Assembly (NCBI RefSeq): GCF_029232205.1
Contig: NZ_CP107255.1
Coordinates: forward strand, 1-32,000
DNA length: 32,000 nt
Source of the DNA: Candidatus Saccharimonadota bacterium
Lineage (GTDB): Archaea > Nanohalarchaeota > Nanosalinia > Nanosalinales > Nanosalinaceae
Reading direction: 5' to 3'
In this document: positions 8,937 through 15,843 of the stretch, in pieces
How the letters are laid out: the number at the start of each line of letters is the position of its first letter
How positions within the stretch are numbered: position 1 is the first letter of the stretch
Position numbers and translations under genes: made by a program
Notes under the pieces: generated by a model
The model's database searches: none
The model's input: only the letters and a program-made list of their open reading frames with translations
What the model was told of the DNA's origin: nothing

Positions 8937-9617
8937 ATGTCTGATGACGAAGAACCTGGCTTTTTCGGAAAAATGATGTGCTGGCTTCACACGCCGAAAA
9001 CCGAGAACAGCGACTGGGAACACGACAAGTTCCACGAAAAAGACGATATCTGGCACCACGAACACCTTTTTGAAGGCCACTGGGTGGAGATACAGAACAA
9101 GGCCGAGTGGTATGAAAGCCCGAATATTGTCAGCATCTACAAGGACCACAAGTACATCTTCAACCAGAATATGGAGCTTGACAAGCCTTCTGAGACGTTC
9201 TACTATGAAAACGTGGACAGCGGCGAGTTTGAATCTGTTATGGAGGTAAAGGAAGACCTTCCAAGTAAGCATGGAAAACTTAAACTTACTACAAATCCTG
9301 CAACTCAGAGCCCTCCCTCAGGAGACAATGATTTCGGCCTGATCGAGTACTGGGTAAAGCTAGAGGTAAAATACAGCTTTCCCGATGGAATTAACTGGCT
9401 TCCAAGAATCTTCGCCTATCCGTTGAATCGTTTCTTCAAGAAATGGTTTGTGAACAGGATTGGAGAGGAAATGATCGAGTACGACATCGAGTACGCAAGG
9501 GAGAGGCTGACAGAGTACTTCGACTACATCAGAAAATACCATGGAGAGGAGCCTGTCCAGACAAAGACACGTCAGGAGGTCTATACTCCGCCGACCGATG
9601 GGCCTTTCTTCCAGTAG
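8937..9617 (+). CDS. Uncharacterised protein, member C of the three-paralog operon
   Basis: 226 aa, starting 6 nt after member B. Its C-terminal helix region (FFKKWFVNRIGEEMIEYDIEYARERLTEYFDYIRKY) resembles those of A and B. The tail contains VYTPPTDGPFFQ. Confidence 0.65.
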   Translation: MSDDEEPGFFGKMMCWLHTPKTENSDWEHDKFHEKDDIWHHEHLFEGHWVEIQNKAEWYESPNIVSIYKDHKYIFNQNMELDKPSETFYYENVDSGEFESVMEVKEDLPSKHGKLKLTTNPATQSPPSGDNDFGLIEYWVKLEVKYSFPDGINWLPRIFAYPLNRFFKKWFVNRIGEEMIEYDIEYARERLTEYFDYIRKYHGEEPVQTKTRQEVYTPPTDGPFFQ

Positions 9618-9660
9618 AAACTTTCCCAGAGCTAAAAGGTTAACTATCGTATTGTTTGAT

Positions 9661-9752
9661 GAGGAAGGTAACTTCCTCAATTCGGCTGCCCTCGGTCAGC
9701 AGGTGCTACCGTACGGGACTACAGGGATGATCATCTGTGTTACAGGGCAGCC
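9661..9752 (+). promoter_or_regulatory. Candidate structured RNA leader or small ncRNA in the spacer upstream of DUF167-dnaG
   Basis: Perfect hairpin gaggaag-GTAA-cttcctc at 9661-9678 with a GNRA-type loop. A 9-bp long-range stem pairs ggctgccct (9684-9692) with agggcagcc (9744-9752), enclosing two smaller hairpins. Confidence 0.3.
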
Positions 9753-9786
9753 ACACTACTTTTATCCTCAGAGAGGAGGCCCTGAA

Positions 9787-10041
9787 ATGACAGAATTCTA
9801 CATCAAAGTTAAACCAGATAGCAACGAGTTCCGTGTTGAAGAAGGAAGTTTTCCCGAGTTCTATCTTGAATCAAAGGCCGAGAATGGGAAAGCTAATTCA
9901 GAGTTACTAAGCAAACTGGAAAATATACTGGGGCAGAGGCCTGGAATTGTTTCCGGCCACAAAAGCAGCAGGAAGAAGATCAAGGTCGACCTATCTCGGG
10001 ACGAGGTAGATCGAAAACTGGAGGCTGAAATCAATGGGTAA
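9787..10041 (+). CDS. DUF167 (YggU-like) family protein
   Basis: The 84-aa core matches the DUF167 pattern (..KAENGKANSELLSKLENILG...VSGHKSSRKKIKV). The ATG at 9787 is preceded by gagaggagg, a Shine-Dalgarno-like sequence. The track ORF start at 9541 overlaps the previous gene and is judged an artefactual extension. Confidence 0.7.
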   Translation: MTEFYIKVKPDSNEFRVEEGSFPEFYLESKAENGKANSELLSKLENILGQRPGIVSGHKSSRKKIKVDLSRDEVDRKLEAEING

Positions 10042-11149
10042 GACATCACAGAAATCCGCAAAGTACATGATAAACGCAAAAATCGAAATAGCAGGAATAG
10101 TTGAAAAATCAGATGTAGTCGGCGCAATATTCGGCCAGACAGAAGGCCTTCTTGGCGACCAGCTTGATCTCAGAGAACTCAAAGAGAAAGGAAAGATCGG
10201 GAGAATGAACCTCGATCTCAAGCAAACAGACGGCAGCACAGAAGCCTCACTCGAACTACCTTCATCTCTCGATGCAACCGAAACCGCTCTGCTAGCAGCC
10301 TCCCTTGAAACCATAGAAAAGATAGGCCCAAGCAATGCCGATCTCACTGTAAACAGTATTGAAGACCTGAGAGTATCGAAAAGAGACTACATCGTCAAAC
10401 GCTCAAAACAGCTTCTACAGGATATAGAGCGCGAGACACCGGATAAAAAGAAACTGATGAACGAGATCAAACAGGAAGTCAGAAAGGAAGAACTGACAGA
10501 CTATCACTCATTTGTCGCAGGCCCAGACGTCGAATGGGATGACAACATCGTAATTGTAGAGGGCAAGGCCGACGTCGTCAACCTCCTGGAGAAAGGAGTG
10601 AAGAACGCGCTGGCCATCGGAGGAACATCAGTACCTTCACAGATCGAAAGAATCGCAGAAGAAAAAGACCTTACAGCATTCCTCGACGGAGACAGAGGAG
10701 GAGATCTCATCCTCAGAGAACTCAAGGAAAAGGCCGAGCCAGAGTACGTGGCCCGAGCTCCCGAAGGAAAAGAAGTAGAGGAACTATCCAAGAGAGAAGT
10801 ACACTCAGCACTCAGAGACAGAGAACCCGTAAAATACACTGAAGAACCGGAAGTCGAACAACAGATATCTGAAGAAGACGTAAAGGCCTTCTCAGAAAAA
10901 ATCTCCGAACTCACAGGAACTCGCGCAGTCAATACTCTGGACGAGGACGGAGAAGTAGTTGAGAAAAGGCCTGTCTCAGCAGTCTCCGAACTTGAGAAAA
11001 AATGTTATGCAGTTATCATGGATGGAACTATTGACGAGGCAGCTGTTTCAAAGGCTGAACAGCTTGATGCAGAATACCTGGTAGGAAAGGACCGTAATGA
11101 AACGGCCTCATCCAGCGAAGTAATCCTTATGACGAAGGAAGAGCTATAG
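10034..11149 (+). CDS. dnaG: Archaeal DnaG primase-like protein (TOPRIM domain)
   Basis: 371 aa. The N-terminus (YMINAKIEIAGIVEKSDVVGAIFGQTEGLLG) is typical of archaeal DnaG. TOPRIM motifs IVEGKADV and LDGDRGGDLI are present. The start overlaps the DUF167 stop by 8 nt. Confidence 0.9.
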   Translation: MGKTSQKSAKYMINAKIEIAGIVEKSDVVGAIFGQTEGLLGDQLDLRELKEKGKIGRMNLDLKQTDGSTEASLELPSSLDATETALLAASLETIEKIGPSNADLTVNSIEDLRVSKRDYIVKRSKQLLQDIERETPDKKKLMNEIKQEVRKEELTDYHSFVAGPDVEWDDNIVIVEGKADVVNLLEKGVKNALAIGGTSVPSQIERIAEEKDLTAFLDGDRGGDLILRELKEKAEPEYVARAPEGKEVEELSKREVHSALRDREPVKYTEEPEVEQQISEEDVKAFSEKISELTGTRAVNTLDEDGEVVEKRPVSAVSELEKKCYAVIMDGTIDEAAVSKAEQLDAEYLVGKDRNETASSSEVILMTKEEL

Positions 11150-11593
11150 GTCCATCTCCTGCCTGTAGGATTCCAGGATCACATTTGTCTTGGTCTCCTC
11201 AATACCTTCCATGCTCTGAATCTTCTGAAGAGAGGAATTCATAGACTCTCTATCCTTGAAATGTGCCAGCACGATAATATCAGCATCTCCCGTGATAGAA
11301 TAACACTGTTCGATGAAGGCCTCATCCTTCAGCTTCTCAGCTATAGGAGTCACTTCGCCAGGCTCCGACTTGATATGAGTTATCGTAGAGAACGTGTAGC
11401 CCATTTTTTCGTAGTCGAGAACAGGAACAAACCCTTTTATAACGCCGTTATCAAGCAGTTTTTTGAACCGATTGCTCGCAGTCGATGGAGAGACATCTAC
11501 TTTCTCCGCAATTTTACGCAGCGAGGCCCTTCCATCAGACAACAACTGTTCAATTATTCGAAAGTCCTTATCATCAACCGAACTCTCTTTCAT
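11144..11593 (-). CDS. Lrp/AsnC family transcriptional regulator
   Basis: N-terminal HTH (DFRIIEQLLSDGRASLRKIAEKVDVSPSTASNRFKKL) plus a C-terminal RAM/AsnC-type domain. The ATG at 11593 is preferred over the TTG at 11614. Confidence 0.85.
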   Translation of the reverse strand: MKESSVDDKDFRIIEQLLSDGRASLRKIAEKVDVSPSTASNRFKKLLDNGVIKGFVPVLDYEKMGYTFSTITHIKSEPGEVTPIAEKLKDEAFIEQCYSITGDADIIVLAHFKDRESMNSSLQKIQSMEGIEETKTNVILESYRQEMDL

Positions 11594-11670
11594 AAAACAC
11601 AATTTATAGGCCAAAACTTAAACATTTGTTCGAAGATACATTAATATACAAGCTATACGTATAACATAGT

Positions 11671-11781
11671 ATGGAATCGGTCGAGGTCGACGAATGTATG
11701 GTCTGCGGCGAAGACGTCAAAGGCGGAATGAAGACGTCAGAAGGCCCGGTCCACGAAGTCTGCATGTCAAGCCTGTTCTAG
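11671..11781 (+). CDS. Candidate 36-aa zinc-finger-like micro-protein (CxxC...HxxC)
   Basis: Hand translation gives MESVEVDECMVCGEDVKGGMKTSEGPVHEVCMSSLF*. It is absent from the ORF track because it is too short. It is locally GC-richer than the flanking promoter DNA. The TATA-like ttaatataca lies ~25 nt upstream of the ATG, consistent with a leaderless transcript. Confidence 0.4.
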   Translation: MESVEVDECMVCGEDVKGGMKTSEGPVHEVCMSSLF

Positions 11782-11800
11782 TTCTTTCTAATTGCATTTT

Positions 11801-12313
11801 TTAACCATTCCTCAGAAAATGGCCAACTTCTCCAAATAAGCTCTCATCAGCGTCTGTAACGGCCTCTCCAACCTTCCATCCTGGTTCCGGCACAGGTTCC
11901 TCAATATCAAAATGAATGGTATTGCTGAAAACCTCCACTAGAGAATTCTTCTCTATTTCTTCTCCAGGATCAATCCACTCAACACTGAACTCTGGAAAAT
12001 GAATATAGGCCTCAACAAAATCCTCATAATTCCCGCCACTCCACGCATCAGGGTCAAGAGCATAAGTATCTCCCTCAGCATTCAAAACTTCTACAACACC
12101 TTCCGGAGTATAATTTTCAGCAACACCCTGATAAACATCTTTCAGGCCTTTATCAGTTTCAAAAGTCACCTCATATCCCCTAGGCCTTCTAATTACATCC
12201 ACAAAAACACCGTCCTCCCTAAAAGCAGCCTGAGTATACTCACCCCTTTCATCAACTCCTCTGAGAAGAGTGCCGTGCACCAGTTTATCATATTCGTCCT
12301 GAGGCCTTGTCAC
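11801..12313 (-). CDS. Hypothetical acidic protein
   Basis: 170-aa ORF with composition typical of the surrounding genome. No family was recognised. Confidence 0.6.
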   Translation of the reverse strand: MTRPQDEYDKLVHGTLLRGVDERGEYTQAAFREDGVFVDVIRRPRGYEVTFETDKGLKDVYQGVAENYTPEGVVEVLNAEGDTYALDPDAWSGGNYEDFVEAYIHFPEFSVEWIDPGEEIEKNSLVEVFSNTIHFDIEEPVPEPGWKVGEAVTDADESLFGEVGHFLRNG

Positions 12314-12496
12314 ACATCTAATGCGTTCCTAAAGAATAAATTTTTCGATTTGTGCTCATAGGTCATAACTGGAGGAAGCCGTAAGAATCAACTTTTTCAC
12401 TCGTAATTTAGACAACAGTTAAAAGATTATTGTTATTAATCAGTCACAATAGTGCAAGGATAGTTTTTAAGAGTGGGCCACAATAACTAGACATAT

Positions 12497-12593
12497 GAGG
12501 AAGCCCTTCGCAGTTCATCTGTAACCAATCAGGTGGACGGAAGTGCGCTTTAGGCTCCCACCCGTTAATACTATACCGTTGGGAGCCTTCCTC
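12497..12593. ncRNA. Candidate structured RNA or element (three-way junction), strand and function unknown
   Basis: Closing stem gaggaag (12497-12503) pairs with cttcctc (12587-12593). Hairpin 1 pairs gttcatctg (12513-12521) with caggtggac (12530-12538), including G-U pairs. Hairpin 2 pairs ggctccca (12553-12560) with tgggagcc (12580-12587). Confidence 0.25.
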
Positions 12594-12602
12594 GCTATTG
12601 TT

Positions 12603-13100
12603 CTATTTGTTTGATTTCAATATCATAGCTTTTAGGAAACTATAGTCGCTTTCTAGCAGATGTTCTAAGTCTTTTTCTCTAGCTTTGTATGCTAAATTAT
12701 GGCATTCTGGTTCTTCTATCTCTTTGTGAACTTCACACGTGGTGAACTTTGGGTAATTGTTAGGAGCTGTTTTCGTGTTATTTTGGAGAAAGTTGTTTAG
12801 ATGGTGTTTTATCTGCTTAAACTTTCCTTCGTATTCTTTATCTATTCTGACTTCTTTTAATCGGTGTACGTCGTTTTGAATAAGCATAAACAGGCCTACT
12901 GAAAAAAGTTTGACTCTATATTTGGACAGATTTCCTAGTTCGGCTTTAGCAGCTTTTTTCAATCTTTTTTTATGGTCTTTGCTTATAAAAACAGCATTGG
13001 AATAGTCATTGCCTGATTCATCTGAGAAGGCAAGTCCTGTATTCATGCCTAGATTCTCAACTTTTCCGCTTTGATCAACATATACGGTGTACTGTCTCAC
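12603..13100 (-). CDS. Hypothetical basic protein in an AT-rich islet, likely horizontally acquired
   Basis: 165 aa, Lys/Asn-rich and non-acidic, unlike its neighbours. The DNA is visibly more AT-rich. The gene lies next to the 3' end of a tRNA gene. Confidence 0.6.
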   Translation of the reverse strand: MRQYTVYVDQSGKVENLGMNTGLAFSDESGNDYSNAVFISKDHKKRLKKAAKAELGNLSKYRVKLFSVGLFMLIQNDVHRLKEVRIDKEYEGKFKQIKHHLNNFLQNNTKTAPNNYPKFTTCEVHKEIEEPECHNLAYKAREKDLEHLLESDYSFLKAMILKSNK

Positions 13101-13285
13101 TATATTGGCTTTTTTTATCTGAATTATAAAAATTGCAAATATCTTTTAACAGGAAAAACAACCTGTAACTGAGTTGTTAACTATGTCCGGAAATACCTCG
13201 CTAAGACGGTCTCGTTCAGTTGGAGTAGGATTGCAAATTAACATAATTTAGAATTAGGAAGTTATCCTCGTCTATTTCTTAATCA

Positions 13286-13437
13286 AGCCCCGGGCGGGAT
13301 TTGAACCCGCGACCTGTCCCTTTCTGTGCCTGTCAAGTTTTGATTGTAGGCCATGCTGTGCATGGTCTGATGCGTGCCGCTCTGGGCATTGGCAGGCGTA
13401 CGAGGGGACCGCTCTAGCCAGGCTGAGCCACCGAGGC
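13286..13437 (-). tRNA. tRNA-Thr (anticodon CGU) with a ~77-nt intron at the canonical 37/38 position
   Basis: Hand-folded. Acceptor stem GCCTCGG/CCGGGGC, D-arm GCTC-AGCCTGGCTA-GAGC, anticodon stem GTCCC/GGGAC with loop CU-CGU-A|intron|A, variable loop AGGTC, T-arm GCGGG-TTCAAAT-CCCGC, discriminator U. No CCA is encoded. Confidence 0.8.
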
Positions 13438-13509
13438 CTCTGTAGTTATTGAGTGGGGTTATGGTTTTTAATCTTCTACCGGGTTTTTTAGTCCTGTATT
13501 TCCTATTTT

Positions 13510-14580
13510 TTGTTGTATGAAGGTTGGTTTCCGGTGAATTTGAGGCCTTTGATTGGTTTTGTTGTGGTCTTGTTTGTTCTGGAAGGTGCTGTGCTTTTTG
13601 TCTCTGATTTCAGTTTTGGTTCGGAGCCTGAGGTCGAGACACCGGATGCTGATGCGGCCAATAATCCTTCAGAAAATGTTTCTACTACTTCTGTTTCTGA
13701 TGAGGATGATAATAGTTCTGAATCTGATAGAAGGCCTGATAGTAATGAGTTGAATAGTTCTTCTGTTGAGGGTGAGGCTGTGGAGAATGAATCAATTAAT
13801 TCTTCTGATGAGGCAGATCCGAGGCCTGTTGAGAATGTGAGCACTCTTTTTGTCGGCAATAGTTATACTGACAGGAATGATCTTCCTGTGCTTTACAGGA
13901 GTGTTGTTGGTTCCACATCTAATTTTTCTGAGAGCTCTGTTACTGTTGATTCTGTTACCTATGGCGGTTATCGTTTGAGGGAGCATGCCAGTGATCTTGA
14001 GAGTGGAGGCCGGATTTCCAGTGTTCTCGGGGATGATTGGGATTATGTTGTTTTGCAGGAGCAGAGCCAGATTATTGGTTTCAGTCTGGATCATGAGGAG
14101 AGGATAAAGTCGATGGATGCCGGTGAGAGGCTTTCTCAGGCTGTTAACCGGAGTGGTGCGGATACTGTTCTTTTCATGACCTGGGGCCGTAGGGATGGTG
14201 ATGAGCGTAACAGGTTTATCTATCCGAACTATACTGCGATGCAGAAGTATCTGAGAGGTGGTTACGAGCAGATGCGTTACAGGGTCAGGGACAACGGTAG
14301 TGAGGCCAGTATTGCGCCGGTAGGTATGGCTTTTAAGGAGGCCTATGATTATAGCTCGAGGGATGGTCCTGCTAACAGGACGGGTACTGTTTTCTATGAT
14401 CTGTATGCTTCGGATGGTTCTCATCCGAGTGTTCAGGGCAGTTATCTTGCTGCTCTGGTGATTGGCGCTACCAGCACAGGTGTTGAGCCTTTGAATGTGT
14501 CGTACAGGCCTTCTGAAGTTTCTAGTTCTCGTGCTGATCTTTTGAAGGGTTTTGCTAGTAGTGCTGCGGATTATTATTGA
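13510..14580 (+). CDS. Membrane-anchored or secreted SGNH/GDSL-like hydrolase (DUF4886-like) with an acidic Ser/Asp/Glu linker
   Basis: It has an N-terminal hydrophobic helix (LIGFVVVLFVLEGAVLFV) and a low-complexity linker. The catalytic-like blocks are FVGNSYT, VVLQEQS, FMTWGR and DGSHPS. The start is uncertain: TTG at 13510/13513 or GTG at 13534. Confidence 0.6.
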   Translation: MLYEGWFPVNLRPLIGFVVVLFVLEGAVLFVSDFSFGSEPEVETPDADAANNPSENVSTTSVSDEDDNSSESDRRPDSNELNSSSVEGEAVENESINSSDEADPRPVENVSTLFVGNSYTDRNDLPVLYRSVVGSTSNFSESSVTVDSVTYGGYRLREHASDLESGGRISSVLGDDWDYVVLQEQSQIIGFSLDHEERIKSMDAGERLSQAVNRSGADTVLFMTWGRRDGDERNRFIYPNYTAMQKYLRGGYEQMRYRVRDNGSEASIAPVGMAFKEAYDYSSRDGPANRTGTVFYDLYASDGSHPSVQGSYLAALVIGATSTGVEPLNVSYRPSEVSSSRADLLKGFASSAADYY

Positions 14581-14627
14581 TCGGTGTAATGATTTAAACG
14601 AGGCCTGCTATTTGGTATTTAGGTGAA

Positions 14628-14831
14628 TTGTTTTTGGAGGATAAGATTGGTGAAGTCGCAGGTTATGTTTGGAGGTATTTAGAGGATGAAGGAAAGTGTT
14701 CTGTCTCGTCTATTTCGAGTTCTCTTGATTTTCCGCGTTCAAAGGTGAATATGGCTATTGGTTGGCTTGCTCGTGAGGGTAAGCTTGAGTTTGTTGACGC
14801 TGATCGCGGAACTTATGTGAAGGCTTCTTGA
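14628..14831 (+). CDS. Small winged-helix protein (DUF2582-like)
   Basis: 67 aa with the pattern IGEVAGYVWRYL...AIGWLAREGKL typical of this small wHTH family. It uses a TTG start. Confidence 0.5.
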   Translation: MFLEDKIGEVAGYVWRYLEDEGKCSVSSISSSLDFPRSKVNMAIGWLAREGKLEFVDADRGTYVKAS

Positions 14832-14883
14832 TTTTCTGTTGAGGCCGAAAGATGTTTTAGTTTTGTAACCTCTTTTTTGTTGT

Positions 14884-15843
14884 ATGAGTTTAGTTGATGG
14901 AGCTAGGACGATTGTTAATCAATGTTTAAACGTTCAGGATGGCGAGGAGGTGCTTGTTGTTAACGATGGTAATGATGCAGATCTGATTGATGCACTGTTT
15001 GAAGTGCTTGATGATCGGGACGTCGAGGCGACGTACATCGAGTACGAGGAGCCGGAGAACCATGGCGAAGAACCTCCTGAGAAGGTTGCGGAAGCTATGA
15101 AAGAGGCCGATGTGGTTATTGCACCAACTATCAAGTCCTTGAGCCACACCAATGCAAGGAAGGAGGCAAATAAGGCCGGAACCAGGGTTGCTACTTTGCC
15201 GACTGTCAGCAAGGAAATATGGAATTCAAGCCTTCAGGCCGATTATGATGAGGTTAAGAGAATTACCGAGAAAGTCTATGATCTTCTTGAGGATGCTGAT
15301 GAGGTAAGGATTGAGACACCTTCCGGTACTGATCTGCGTTTCGATGTTGAGATCGACACATACCATAACGATACTGGTATTCTGCATGAGGCCGGTGCGT
15401 TCGGAAATCTTCCGGCTGGAGAGCCCAACGGTTATCCTGCTAACATGGAGGGCACGCTTGTTTTCGATCACTTCCCGTTCTCTCCTGACGCGAAAAAAGT
15501 TGAGATCAGAGACAGCAAGGTTGTAGCACTGGAGAACAAGGAAGGCGCTACGACTTCTGAGCTGGAGAAGGCCTTTGAGGATGTTCCTTGTTCGAAGAAG
15601 GTTGCCGAGTTCGGTTTCGGTACGAATCCTGAGGCCACTATTATCGGTAATACTTTGCAGGATGAGAAGGTTCTGGGAACTATTCACGTAGCTCTCGGTG
15701 ACAATTGTTCGTATGTTCCTGAGGGAGATGACAGGAGGAATCCGTGTGATATTCACTGGGATTCTGTATGTGAGAAGCCTACTGTCTGGTTTGACGATAA
15801 GAAGATTCTTGACGAAGGAGAGCCTGTCTTCCTGGAGGAGTAG
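14884..15843 (+). CDS. M29-family aminopeptidase-like protein (AmpS/PepS, COG2309-like)
   Basis: 319 aa with blocks GTRVATLP, TPSGTDLRF, GNLPAGE, EFGFGTNP and LQDEKVLGTIHVALGDN that resemble aminopeptidase T-type proteins. Confidence 0.6.
   Translation: MSLVDGARTIVNQCLNVQDGEEVLVVNDGNDADLIDALFEVLDDRDVEATYIEYEEPENHGEEPPEKVAEAMKEADVVIAPTIKSLSHTNARKEANKAGTRVATLPTVSKEIWNSSLQADYDEVKRITEKVYDLLEDADEVRIETPSGTDLRFDVEIDTYHNDTGILHEAGAFGNLPAGEPNGYPANMEGTLVFDHFPFSPDAKKVEIRDSKVVALENKEGATTSELEKAFEDVPCSKKVAEFGFGTNPEATIIGNTLQDEKVLGTIHVALGDNCSYVPEGDDRRNPCDIHWDSVCEKPTVWFDDKKILDEGEPVFLEE

Noticed and set aside
9541-9786. N-terminal extension of the DUF167 ORF back to 9541, overlapping the end of the previous gene
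   Set aside because: The DUF167 fold is complete from the ATG at 9787, which has a strong SD. The extension has no start-site support and overlaps 9541-9617 of another CDS. The region is kept as a structured spacer instead. Some uncertainty remains.
13146-13156. Shared 11-mer ttaacaggaaa at ~13146 and ~27408
   Set aside because: A rough estimate gives on the order of one hundred chance 11-mer coincidences in a 32-kb window, so this is not significant by itself.
13286-13437. C/D-box sRNA embedded in the long tRNA intron, as in the haloarchaeal tRNA-Trp
   Set aside because: No RUGAUGA (C) or CUGA (D) boxes are found in the tRNA-sense intron sequence. The CTGATG seen is on the opposite strand.
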